64,000 nt of DNA, taken from Alteromonadaceae bacterium. GTDB lineage: Bacteria; Pseudomonadota; Gammaproteobacteria; Enterobacterales; Alteromonadaceae. How positions within the stretch are numbered: the first letter of the stretch is position 1; each line of letters begins with the position of its first letter. This document shows positions 39,909 through 49,301 of this stretch, piece by piece. The translations under genes and the position numbers were made by a program. Below the pieces are notes generated by a model. It had not been told where the DNA came from and made no database searches. It worked only from the letters and a program-made list of their open reading frames with translations. The DNA is taken from positions 47,751 to 111,750 of the forward strand of contig WFQC01000152.1 in the NCBI GenBank assembly GCA_015487235.1. The letters are read 5' to 3'.

Positions 39909-42533
39909 TTGTCTGTGAAAAAACTTATAAAAATAGTCTTACTTTTATCATTTTTAGCCTTTTTGGCATTAATTGCAATTTATATCAGCTTAAAAGATGA
40001 CTTACCAAGTGTCGAGTCGCTTAAAGAAATAAAATGGCAAACACCAATGCAAATATACAGTGCCGACGGTAAGCTAATTTCTCAATTCGGTGAGAAAAAG
40101 CGTATTCCCTTAAAACTAGCGCAAATGCCACAGCAACTTATCAATGCAGTATTGGCAACAGAAGATGATCGTTTTTATTTTCACTTTGGTGTTGACCCTA
40201 TCGGTATGGGGCGTGCAATTTTAGGGCAGTTAATGGGGCAAAATAAAGGTGGCGCCAGTACAATTACCATGCAAGTTGCCCGTAACTTTTTTCTCTCACG
40301 CGAGCAAACCTATCTACGTAAAATTAAAGAAATATTTATTTCGTTTCACATTGAAAATCTCTTGACTAAAGATGAAATTCTAGAGCTTTATATGAACAAA
40401 ATAGCCTTAGGACACCGCGCCTATGGCTTTGGTGCCGCCGCACAAGTGTATTATGGCAAAGACGTAAAAGAGTTAACACTAGCACAAATTGCTGTGCTAG
40501 CTGGGCTGCCTAAAGCACCGTCAACAATGAACCCAATTAGTCGCCCAGAGCGAGCTAAAGCGCGAAGGGCTGTTGTTTTACAACGAATGTTTGTTAGTGG
40601 TTATATAACATCAGAAGAGCTTGAACAAGCGAATAAAGCGCCCATAACCGCTAAACGTCATGGTGCAGAAATTGAATTAAATGCGCCTTACGTTGCAGAA
40701 ATGGCTCATCAAAAAATACTTGAGCAATACTCAAAAGAAGATGCTTATACAAGCGGTTTCAAAGTATTTACAACCATTTCATCAAAGCGTCAAACAGCCG
40801 CACAGCAGGCGGTTGTAGAGAACCTAAAAGATTATGACCAACGTCATGGCTATCGAGGCCCAATACAACAATTACGTTCTACCGACGAATCAGACAGTAT
40901 TAATAACGAGGATACAACAACCGCAGAAAAGGTTATTCCTCAGTTAACGACAGAAGAAATGTTATCGGCGCTAAGTCAGATCAAAAGCTATCAAAATTTA
41001 CTTCCTGCCGTAGTGGTAGATATTCAAGAAAATCAAGCCATTATCAAACTTAAAGCTAAAAAAGATACATTAAAAGAAGGCATTATTACTTGGCAAGCAA
41101 TGGCATGGGCAAGAGCTTATATTAGTGACCAAAAACAAGGCCCTGCGCCAACTAAAGCAGAAGAAATATTACATTATGGCGATATAGTGTATGTTGAGGC
41201 TGTTAAAAATACCGGTGCCAACCAAAATATAACCAACCAAGAAATAGCTAACACGATGGCCTCGTATTACAAGCTAAGCCAATTACCACAAGCAAGTTCA
41301 GCATTGGTGGCATTATCACCCGACAATGGCGCAATTGAAGCATTAGTAGGTGGTTTTAGCTTTAAACAAAGTCAGTACAACAGAGCCATACAAGCAAAAC
41401 GCCAAGTAGGCTCAAATATAAAACCTTTTATTTATTCTGCCGCTTTAGACAATGGTTATACACTTGCTTCTCTGATTAACGACGCCCCAATTAACCAGTG
41501 GGATAGAAGCTCTGGTTTAGTTTGGCGACCTAAAAATTCGCCACCGACTTACGTTGGCCCAATTCGTATTCGTCTTGCACTGGCGCAATCAAAAAATGTT
41601 ATTGCAGTGCGCTTATTACGTAAAGTGGGCTTAGATAAAATGATCAATTATCTATCACTTTTTGGTTTTGCCCCTGATGAATTACCTCACAATGAATCAC
41701 TGGCTTTAGGATCAGCTTCGTTAACACCATTAGAAGTAGCAACGGGCTTTGCGACTTTTGCCAATGGAGGTTTTTTGATAGAACCTTACCTAATTGAAAG
41801 AATTGAAGATTCCTTTGGTAATATTATATACCAAGCAAATCCTGCAATAGCCTGTGATGATTGTGAGCAACACCAAACCTTAACGACAGCAGAAACGACT
41901 AAAGAAAATCCCCCTAACCTAGCCATCCAACCAAGCGTGACTAAAGCTGAACGCGTTATTAGCAAACAGAATGCTTTTTTGATCACCGAAGCATTAAACT
42001 CAGCTATTTGGGGGGCTGATTGGTCAATTAAGCCTGGTTGGCAAGGTACAGGTTGGCGCGCTCGAGTATTAAAAAGACGTGATATTGCAGGGAAAACAGG
42101 CACAACCAATGAAGCTAAAGATGCCTGGTTTTCAGGGTTTAGCCGACGTATTGTCGCCACAACATGGATTGGTTTTGATAATCCACAACGGAATTTAGGC
42201 CAAACTAGCTACAATAAAAACTTAGGTAAACACCAAATTACGGGTAAAGAATTTGGTGCGAAGTCAGCACAACCTGCTTGGATACGCTTTATGAAAGTGG
42301 CCTTGAGTGATCTAGCTGTTGAACCTTTTCAACAACCAGAAGGGGTTATCTCTGTTCGTATAGACAAAGCAACAGGAAAACTAACCAATAAAACCGATAA
42401 AACCAGCCTATTTGAATATTTTATAAAAGGCACAGAACCAACAGAATATGTGAGTCAAGATAATAGTAGTGATATTTTTAATAGTGAAACTAAAACTAAC
42501 GAAACAGAGCAACAAGAAGAGGATATTTTTTAA
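39909..42533 (+). CDS. mrcA: Penicillin-binding protein 1A
   Basis: 874 aa with the glycosyltransferase motif EDDRFYFHFGVDP and a transpeptidase SxxK (GSNIKPF). It is divergent from pilM, as in many gammaproteobacteria. The start is the TTG at 39909 or the GTG at 39915. Confidence 0.93.
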   Translation: MSVKKLIKIVLLLSFLAFLALIAIYISLKDDLPSVESLKEIKWQTPMQIYSADGKLISQFGEKKRIPLKLAQMPQQLINAVLATEDDRFYFHFGVDPIGMGRAILGQLMGQNKGGASTITMQVARNFFLSREQTYLRKIKEIFISFHIENLLTKDEILELYMNKIALGHRAYGFGAAAQVYYGKDVKELTLAQIAVLAGLPKAPSTMNPISRPERAKARRAVVLQRMFVSGYITSEELEQANKAPITAKRHGAEIELNAPYVAEMAHQKILEQYSKEDAYTSGFKVFTTISSKRQTAAQQAVVENLKDYDQRHGYRGPIQQLRSTDESDSINNEDTTTAEKVIPQLTTEEMLSALSQIKSYQNLLPAVVVDIQENQAIIKLKAKKDTLKEGIITWQAMAWARAYISDQKQGPAPTKAEEILHYGDIVYVEAVKNTGANQNITNQEIANTMASYYKLSQLPQASSALVALSPDNGAIEALVGGFSFKQSQYNRAIQAKRQVGSNIKPFIYSAALDNGYTLASLINDAPINQWDRSSGLVWRPKNSPPTYVGPIRIRLALAQSKNVIAVRLLRKVGLDKMINYLSLFGFAPDELPHNESLALGSASLTPLEVATGFATFANGGFLIEPYLIERIEDSFGNIIYQANPAIACDDCEQHQTLTTAETTKENPPNLAIQPSVTKAERVISKQNAFLITEALNSAIWGADWSIKPGWQGTGWRARVLKRRDIAGKTGTTNEAKDAWFSGFSRRIVATTWIGFDNPQRNLGQTSYNKNLGKHQITGKEFGAKSAQPAWIRFMKVALSDLAVEPFQQPEGVISVRIDKATGKLTNKTDKTSLFEYFIKGTEPTEYVSQDNSSDIFNSETKTNETEQQEEDIF

Positions 42534-42671
42534 ACTTTTATTATTTTGTAGCCGTATAAACTTTAAACAAAAAACACTTAAATAAAGCCAAAAAATACAA
42601 ATAGCGACTATACTTAATTTGATGATGAGAGTACGCGCTCCATTAAAAATAATAACTATATTGCTATTTAT

Positions 42672-44270
42672 ATGAAACTAGCTAATAAAATCATATTATT
42701 TCCTGTCGTAATTATAGTCACTATATTTACGCTGGGAATATTTGCCCTTGAAGCACAAATTGCACACACGTTAGATAAACATTTAACAGATGAATTAACG
42801 TCTTTATCAACTATAAGCCTATCTTCAGCAAAGCTAATCACACCAACCGAGCAACAAAAATATACCGAGCAACTGAACTTTCTTGCTCAACAAATCGCGC
42901 AAGCAAGCCATGCAAGCGTTTACTACTATTCGCTTAGCGGAGAAAGACTGGCCGGCTCAGATAACTTACTTAGTGATAAATTCTTAAAAATTAATAATAA
43001 TCAGGATAACCCCTTGGCAAATTACCAGTTACGTTATTTAAACCTACCTGAAACGGGACAAACTTGGGTTTTGCTTAGTCAACAAGATAACCAACTAGGT
43101 TTAATAAGTCAGGTTGCGCTACCACAAAACTATTATAAGAGCACACTTTTGGGTATGCGTTGGGGCATCTCAATTATTGGCGTGATCATCTTATTTGCTA
43201 TTGTTATTTTCGCTAGCATCGCGATTAAACTCATTGATTACGTTATTCAACGCGAAAGAGGAAAAATTGAAGAGAAAGTTTCTGCAAAAACCAAAGAAAT
43301 AACACTTATTCAAGCCATGGTTACTATGGTAAATAGTGCGAATTCTGTAAAAAGTGCAGGGATCATGCTCACCACAATACTACCTCGACTTTTACCCGGC
43401 TACAGCGGTGCTATTTACTTGTCAAAAGTCCCTGAAAAAAAACTCAATTTATTGAATTATTGGGGTGATGAAACCTTTAGACATATTCAAGCCTATTTAC
43501 GTAGTGATCATGACGAAATACGCTATGAACTTGAATTTCCTTCCTGCTTTCAATTAAGTGATGAGTTCAAAGAGCGCTCTGTGCAAGTTAACTTAAAAAA
43601 TAAAAAGGGGCATTTTGGCGTTGCTTTTTTCTTCAACCCTAAAGGTAAGTTAACCATAAAAGCCAGAGAGACTATCGAGCAGCTTTCAAAACATATGAGT
43701 GATGCTTTAGCTAACGTACTCTTAACCGAGCAATTAAGAAGCCAAGCGACAAAAGATCCACTAACTAATTTGTATAATCGCCGATTTATGCAAGAATTTT
43801 TAGCCAAAGTAGTACATAGAGCTGAACGCCATCATGGTTGTGTCGCAGTGCTAATGATAGATCTTGATCATTTCAAATCTTTTAACGACAAATTTGGTCA
43901 TGAAGCAGGTGATCTTATTTTAGCCAATGTTGCCCAAGCGTTGATGATCAACATACGCTTAGAAGATATTGCCTGTCGTTATGGTGGTGAAGAATTTTGT
44001 ATTATTTGCCCTGATACACAGCTTGTTGATGCTTATCACTTAGCAGAAAAATTACGGATCAAAATCAGCAAACTGTCACTAACATACCAAAATCAACAAC
44101 TTGACAATATAACCATGTCTGTTGGCATTGCTATTTATCCCAATCATGCGCCGTCATGCCAAGTACTCATTCTAAAAGCAGATCAGGCATTATATCAAGC
44201 CAAAGCCCAAGGCAGAAATCGCAGTGTAGTAATCGCTAACGATATCAGCGAAAATACGGCAAGTTTATAA
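42672..44270 (+). CDS. Membrane-bound diguanylate cyclase (GGDEF)
   Basis: 532 aa. Two TM segments bracket a periplasmic region. The C-terminal GGDEF domain has an intact RYGGEEF motif and an RLED I-site. Confidence 0.9.
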   Translation: MKLANKIILFPVVIIVTIFTLGIFALEAQIAHTLDKHLTDELTSLSTISLSSAKLITPTEQQKYTEQLNFLAQQIAQASHASVYYYSLSGERLAGSDNLLSDKFLKINNNQDNPLANYQLRYLNLPETGQTWVLLSQQDNQLGLISQVALPQNYYKSTLLGMRWGISIIGVIILFAIVIFASIAIKLIDYVIQRERGKIEEKVSAKTKEITLIQAMVTMVNSANSVKSAGIMLTTILPRLLPGYSGAIYLSKVPEKKLNLLNYWGDETFRHIQAYLRSDHDEIRYELEFPSCFQLSDEFKERSVQVNLKNKKGHFGVAFFFNPKGKLTIKARETIEQLSKHMSDALANVLLTEQLRSQATKDPLTNLYNRRFMQEFLAKVVHRAERHHGCVAVLMIDLDHFKSFNDKFGHEAGDLILANVAQALMINIRLEDIACRYGGEEFCIICPDTQLVDAYHLAEKLRIKISKLSLTYQNQQLDNITMSVGIAIYPNHAPSCQVLILKADQALYQAKAQGRNRSVVIANDISENTASL

Positions 44271-44288
44271 TTTATTGAGTACTCATTT

Positions 44289-44747
44289 TTGGATAAAATT
44301 TTGATCAGTGCCTGCTTTTTGGGCGAAAAAGTACGCTATAACGGTGAAGTAAAAAGACTTTCGCATCCTTTAATTACCCAATGGAGCAAACAAGGTAGGC
44401 TGATCAGCCTTTGCCCTGAAAGCGCAGGAGGTTTACCAACACCAAGACCACCAGCCGAAAAGCAACCTAATGGGCAAATAATCATGACAACAGGTCGTAA
44501 TGTTACCCAAGCATTTCTTAGCGGAGCTCAACGTGCTTTAGCATTATGCCAACAATATCAAATAAAATATGCACTACTAAAAGAGTCTAGCCCATCTTGT
44601 GGAAGCTCTACCGTATATGACGGTTCTTTTACAAATAAAAAAATAGCAGGTCAAGGCGTTACCACCGAACTATTACGACACCACAATATATTAGTGTTCT
44701 CAGAGAATAATATTGAACATTTAGCCAAACTACTTAAAACGGGGTAA
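44289..44747 (+). CDS. DUF523-family protein (YbbK/TudS-like)
   Basis: 152 aa from a TTG start. ILISACFLGEKVRYNG and SPSCGS are Cys motifs typical of DUF523. Confidence 0.75.
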   Translation: MDKILISACFLGEKVRYNGEVKRLSHPLITQWSKQGRLISLCPESAGGLPTPRPPAEKQPNGQIIMTTGRNVTQAFLSGAQRALALCQQYQIKYALLKESSPSCGSSTVYDGSFTNKKIAGQGVTTELLRHHNILVFSENNIEHLAKLLKTG

Positions 44748-44833
44748 TTTAGCCAAGAGAGCCAATTCATTACTTTATTCAGAGGCTTTGCCATGATAAT
44801 TTAGTCGCTATGCACCATAAAAATTAAAATATC

Positions 44834-46648
44834 ATGCTTAAACTGCTTACTCATTTATTTTTAATACTAACGCTATTTGCCTGTACGCAAACTGCTTCAG
44901 TACAGCAACAAAAAACATCAACAGCACAGGCAAAATTAACACAGCTTATTCAAGATGAAGCGCTTTTTAGAAAATCAGCAAGCCCTTTTAATCGGTTAGA
45001 AGTTGGGGGAAGTAATGCTCAACTACCTGATTTGTCTGCTGAAAAACTTGCCGACAACCACCAAAAGCTCAATAAAATTTATCAACAGTTAACACAAATT
45101 AATGCCCAAGCACTCCCCTTAGCTTCGCAAATTGACTTATCAGTACTGTTATACAAATTGAAAAATGAATTAGACAGCTATAACAACCATGAACATTATA
45201 TGCCCTTAACGGCAGAGTCTGGTTTTCATGTTTGGATCGCTAATATTAATAAACGCGTTAAGATGAAAACTGAGCAAGATTATCAAGACTACCTTGCGCG
45301 CTTACATGCTTTACCTCAGTATTTTGAGCAACAAATAGCATGGATGAATAAAGGCATTGCAGCAGGTATAACACAACCTCAAGTTGTTTTAAAAGGGTTC
45401 GAACAATCAATTTTGGCTTTTATTAAAAACACTCCTGAAGAAAGTAGTTACTACCAACCTTTCAAACAGTTTCCCGCACATTTTACTCATGCACTGCAAG
45501 CAAAATTGCAACAACAAGGCAAACAAGCCATTAAAGAAAAAGTATTTCCAAGTTATAAAAAATACTATCACTTTATGGTTGAACATTATCAACCGATGGC
45601 ACGTAAAAATATTGCTGCCACTTCATTACCTAAGGGTAAAAATTATTACCAAAATCGCGTACAACATTACACAACGTTACCCATATCAGCAGATGAAATT
45701 CATCAAATAGGTCTAAACGAAGTTGCTCGCATTAAAAAAGACATGCTGACTATTATTACTGAATTGGGCTTCGACGGAAGTTTTGCTGATTTTATTCAAG
45801 ACCTGCGTACAGATCCGCAGTTTTATGCTAAAACCCCCAAAGCATTATTAAAAGAAGCTGCTTATTTAGCGAAAAAAATGGATGGCAAATTACCAAAATT
45901 ATTTAAAACATTACCAAGAACGCCCTATAGTGTTGACCCAGTACCCGCCAACATTGCTCCTAAATACACAACAGGGCGCTATTCTCCACCAAACAGAGAA
46001 GATCAAGCGGGTAGTTATTGGGTGAACACTTACCGTTTAGATCGTCGCCCACTTTATGTTTTACCAGCCTTAACCCTACACGAAGCCGTACCAGGCCATC
46101 ATTTACAAGGTTCTATCGCAAAAGAAATGAACAATGTAGCTGAATTTCGCAACAACACTTATATATCTGCGTTTGGTGAAGGTTGGGGGCTTTATGCTGA
46201 ATATTTAGGTATTGAAGCCGGTATGTATGAAACGCCCTACCAACAATTTGGGCGCTTAACTTATGAAATGTGGCGAGCATGCCGATTAGTCGTTGATACC
46301 GGTATTCACAGTAAAGGTTGGACTCGCCAACAAGCCATTAATTATCTAGCAGAAAATACCGCCCTTTCATTACACAATGTGACCACTGAAATAGATAGGT
46401 ATATCTCATGGCCAGCACAAGCTTTGTCTTATAAGATGGGTGAAATTACCATCAAAAAACTGCGTAACAAAGCCGAAAAAGCGCTAGGCGAGTATTTTGA
46501 TCTACGTATATTTCACGATAAAATACTTGAAAATGGCTCTATGCCATTGTCTATGTTAGAGAAAGTTATATCTAAATATATTGAACAAGAGAGTAGAAAA
46601 ATAAAGGAGAAGGGAAGGCACGCAAAGTTAACCACAGAGAAACCTTAA
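44834..46648 (+). CDS. DUF885-family lipoprotein (putative metallopeptidase-like)
   Basis: 604 aa with a lipobox-like N-terminus (LTLFAC) and the HEAVPGHH motif of DUF885. Confidence 0.8.
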   Translation: MLKLLTHLFLILTLFACTQTASVQQQKTSTAQAKLTQLIQDEALFRKSASPFNRLEVGGSNAQLPDLSAEKLADNHQKLNKIYQQLTQINAQALPLASQIDLSVLLYKLKNELDSYNNHEHYMPLTAESGFHVWIANINKRVKMKTEQDYQDYLARLHALPQYFEQQIAWMNKGIAAGITQPQVVLKGFEQSILAFIKNTPEESSYYQPFKQFPAHFTHALQAKLQQQGKQAIKEKVFPSYKKYYHFMVEHYQPMARKNIAATSLPKGKNYYQNRVQHYTTLPISADEIHQIGLNEVARIKKDMLTIITELGFDGSFADFIQDLRTDPQFYAKTPKALLKEAAYLAKKMDGKLPKLFKTLPRTPYSVDPVPANIAPKYTTGRYSPPNREDQAGSYWVNTYRLDRRPLYVLPALTLHEAVPGHHLQGSIAKEMNNVAEFRNNTYISAFGEGWGLYAEYLGIEAGMYETPYQQFGRLTYEMWRACRLVVDTGIHSKGWTRQQAINYLAENTALSLHNVTTEIDRYISWPAQALSYKMGEITIKKLRNKAEKALGEYFDLRIFHDKILENGSMPLSMLEKVISKYIEQESRKIKEKGRHAKLTTEKP

Positions 46649-46670
46649 AAATAGTGCACTGAAAAATCCA

Positions 46671-46772
46671 GATAAGCCCCCACTATATCTAAATTCGGCA
46701 GTCCCGCTATCATAGGTTTCCCCTTAGACCGGTAACTTTGCGTCTCTAACTTTCGTTAGATTTGCCCTTATC
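46671..46772 (-). promoter_or_regulatory. c-di-GMP-I (GEMM-I) riboswitch aptamer
   Basis: The minus strand reads GATAAGGGCAAATCTAACGAAAGTTAGAGACGCAAAGTTACCGGTCTAAGGGGAAACCTATGATAGCGGGACTGCCGAATTTAGATATAGTGGGGGCTTATC. In order it contains GGGCAAA, a 6-bp hairpin with a GAAA tetraloop, GACGCAAAG, a hairpin with a CUAAG/UAUG receptor-like loop, and AGCGGGACUGCC. This is collinear with the V. cholerae Vc2 aptamer. A GAUAAG/CUUAUC helix closes the element. Confidence 0.85.
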
Positions 46773-46794
46773 GAGCTTTAGTAGCTCATTTGCA

Positions 46795-46822
46795 ATTATA
46801 GTTATTGCGCTACGATTGTAAA
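46795..46822 (-). promoter_or_regulatory. Sigma70-type promoter driving the riboswitch
   Basis: The minus strand reads TTTACA-16 nt-TATAAT (-35 at 46817-46822, -10 at 46795-46800), 23 nt upstream of the aptamer. A small 5' hairpin, GAGCU-ACUAA-AGCUC, lies between the promoter and the aptamer. Confidence 0.65.
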
Positions 46823-46892
46823 CAAAAATTTTTCAAGTTGACTAAATTAATTTATTCAACTGAAATAAAACCAAAAAAGAGACTTACATTTG

Positions 46893-48743
46893 ATGATCAA
46901 AAGATATTTCTGGCTAGCCCTTGCTGTTTATTTCATTAGCGTACCTGCTGTTTTTGCAGCTTTAGCACCAAGTAATGATCAAAAGATAGAAGAAAATATT
47001 GCTCTTATTAACAGTTTTTATCGGTATAAAGGTGAAGTGCCGCCCTATAGCCAAATTGTTACTCTTGCCACAACCGTGATCAAAAACAGTAAAAGTTACA
47101 ATGATACCATCATAGCAAAAGCCTATGTTTTACTTGCCGATGCTGCGATTTATCAAGGAGATACGGCAAAAGCAGTGCAATTTTCTCAAGATGGCTTAAC
47201 GCAAGGCATGATTGATACCGATGTAAAACTTAATTTATTAATGAAAGTAAGCGCTGGTTTTTACATTCAGAGTAATTATCAAGCGGTATTAAAAACTATT
47301 GAACAAGTACTTGAGTTAGCCGTAGGTGAAAAATATTTAAAATATCGACTCAGCGCTTTTGGTTATCAAGCCACTATTCATGCCTTAGCTGGCGAATACG
47401 AAAAAGCCTATAAGCGATTAAAAGACATTGATATTATATTAGATAAAAACCCTCGTTTTACTGATCAAATTGAATTATTACAAATACTGGCTTTGGCTAA
47501 TCATAATTTAAGAGATTTTGAAACTTCACTGGCACTACACCTTAAATTATTACAAATTCAATTTAACTTAAATTTGAAAGAAAACATTGAACGTACTTAT
47601 TACTATTTAGCGCAAGCCTACCTTAAATTAGCGCGCTATGATGATGCTTATAATACTTTTTGGCAGGTAAAACTCTTAGCAGAAAAAAAATCTGCGCCTA
47701 TTTTACTCGCTTATGCTGAATTAGGTATTGGCGAAACCCTTTATGAACAAGGTGACTACGACGTTGCTTATTCGTCGTTAATCAAAGCGGAAAAATTATT
47801 TCGAGGTAAAAATTTAACCAAACTTTACCTTACTAACTTAATTGTATTGTCTAAAGCAGCCAAACAAACAGGGCGTACTATTTTTGCCTCACAATTACTG
47901 CAAAAGGCTGAAGAATTATCAACAAAAGCAGAGCTCGATCCTGATCAAATAATTCTTTACCAAATGCTTGCCCACAAATACCAGCATCAAGGTGATTACC
48001 AAAAAGCATTAAGCTTGTTAACCAAGTATGTAAGTGCAACAGAAAAACTAAAAGGTGAAGAGCTTGCCAAAGCAAAACTGCCTAAAAATGCAAAACAAGC
48101 TTCACAAAAAAGTAAAGACTTGGCGTTAAAGTTATCAGAGAAAGGTACTTTATATGCCGACTATAATAAAAACCATCAACGACTTATATCATATATTTGG
48201 GGGTTAGTTGCGCTGGTGGCAATACTAGCCATTGCGATGATATTTATTTGGTTAAAGTATCGTAATTACCGACTACGGGTTGAATATAATGAAATTGAAG
48301 CGCCCAAAGATTATTTACCATCGCCAGTAAAAACCAAAAATATTTATCAACAACAGTATAAAGAAGCGCGCAAATTTGAGTACCCTATTACCATTGTCTA
48401 TATTCTGGTACGCAACTGGCACGATCTATCTCATCATTTTACAAAAAGAGTGATGAAAGATGTGCACAAAGCTATAGCACAGCTAATTAACGAAAATATT
48501 AGTGAATTTGAAATTGCTGGTTGCCTTAATGAAGGTGAATATATCATTTTATTTCCTCATCGCACCAAGCAAGCGTTAACTGCCGAATTATCACAATTAT
48601 CACAGGCAATCAAAACAAGGTTTTTTGCCAATTTAGGTGAGTTTTCTGTTATCATTGAAATGTCGGCACAAACGCCCGATATACAAGACATTGACCCTTT
48701 TGTTTTCTTAGCTCAGCTAACTGAACAGCTAAAAAGCAAATAA
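46893..48743 (+). CDS. TPR-repeat protein with TM segment and degenerate GGDEF-like C-terminal domain
   Basis: The track ORF starts at the TTG at 46890, and an ATG follows at 46893. The protein has a signal peptide or anchor, about 380 aa of TPR-like repeats and a TM segment (LISYIWGLVALVAILAIAMIFIW). Its C-terminal domain aligns to GGDEF, but the active-site motif reads NEGEY and the RxxD position reads SEFE. Confidence 0.75.
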   Translation: MIKRYFWLALAVYFISVPAVFAALAPSNDQKIEENIALINSFYRYKGEVPPYSQIVTLATTVIKNSKSYNDTIIAKAYVLLADAAIYQGDTAKAVQFSQDGLTQGMIDTDVKLNLLMKVSAGFYIQSNYQAVLKTIEQVLELAVGEKYLKYRLSAFGYQATIHALAGEYEKAYKRLKDIDIILDKNPRFTDQIELLQILALANHNLRDFETSLALHLKLLQIQFNLNLKENIERTYYYLAQAYLKLARYDDAYNTFWQVKLLAEKKSAPILLAYAELGIGETLYEQGDYDVAYSSLIKAEKLFRGKNLTKLYLTNLIVLSKAAKQTGRTIFASQLLQKAEELSTKAELDPDQIILYQMLAHKYQHQGDYQKALSLLTKYVSATEKLKGEELAKAKLPKNAKQASQKSKDLALKLSEKGTLYADYNKNHQRLISYIWGLVALVAILAIAMIFIWLKYRNYRLRVEYNEIEAPKDYLPSPVKTKNIYQQQYKEARKFEYPITIVYILVRNWHDLSHHFTKRVMKDVHKAIAQLINENISEFEIAGCLNEGEYIILFPHRTKQALTAELSQLSQAIKTRFFANLGEFSVIIEMSAQTPDIQDIDPFVFLAQLTEQLKSK

Positions 48744-48772
48744 TAATATAAACACAGCAGACGCTTAATTTT

Positions 48773-49291
48773 ATGATTTTTATTATTGCCATCATCATTA
48801 TTTTCTTTGTGCTTATTGTTTACTTATATTTTCGTACTGAAAAGTTACAACTTTCTTTAAGAAAAGCACAATCAGCTGACAGAAATAGCAGAAAAGAAAA
48901 TAAAGCCTTGCTCGAAACGCTTATGCTGGTTGCCAATACACAAGAAACGTTTGTTAAAATACGTCTACAAAATTTAAAAGATAGTTTTGTTAATGATAAA
49001 ACAATTAGCCAAGAGTTAGATTTACTCAGCCCTCTTATTAATAATTATGCCATTATTTTTACTGCTTGCTTAAAGGGTAAAGGGCAATTATCTATTATGA
49101 CTAAGCGATGTTATGAAAGCTTAGATAAAAACAGCTACAAAAAGTTTATCGTTTTTATTAATCAACAAGATCAAAAAACTAAGCGTATGTGGAATAGCAA
49201 TACTTTATCTGGATATATTTCACTGACAGAAACATTATTACAGAAATTTGAGCAATTACCTGAAAAGAAAAAGCTTGCCGAAGCAAGCTAG
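48773..49291 (+). CDS. Hypothetical membrane-anchored protein
   Basis: 172 aa with an N-terminal TM segment (IFIIAIIIIFFVLIVYLYF) followed by a predicted helical region. It starts 29 nt after the TPR gene. Confidence 0.6.
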   Translation: MIFIIAIIIIFFVLIVYLYFRTEKLQLSLRKAQSADRNSRKENKALLETLMLVANTQETFVKIRLQNLKDSFVNDKTISQELDLLSPLINNYAIIFTACLKGKGQLSIMTKRCYESLDKNSYKKFIVFINQQDQKTKRMWNSNTLSGYISLTETLLQKFEQLPEKKKLAEAS

Positions 49292-49301
49292 AGTTTCTCG
49301 T

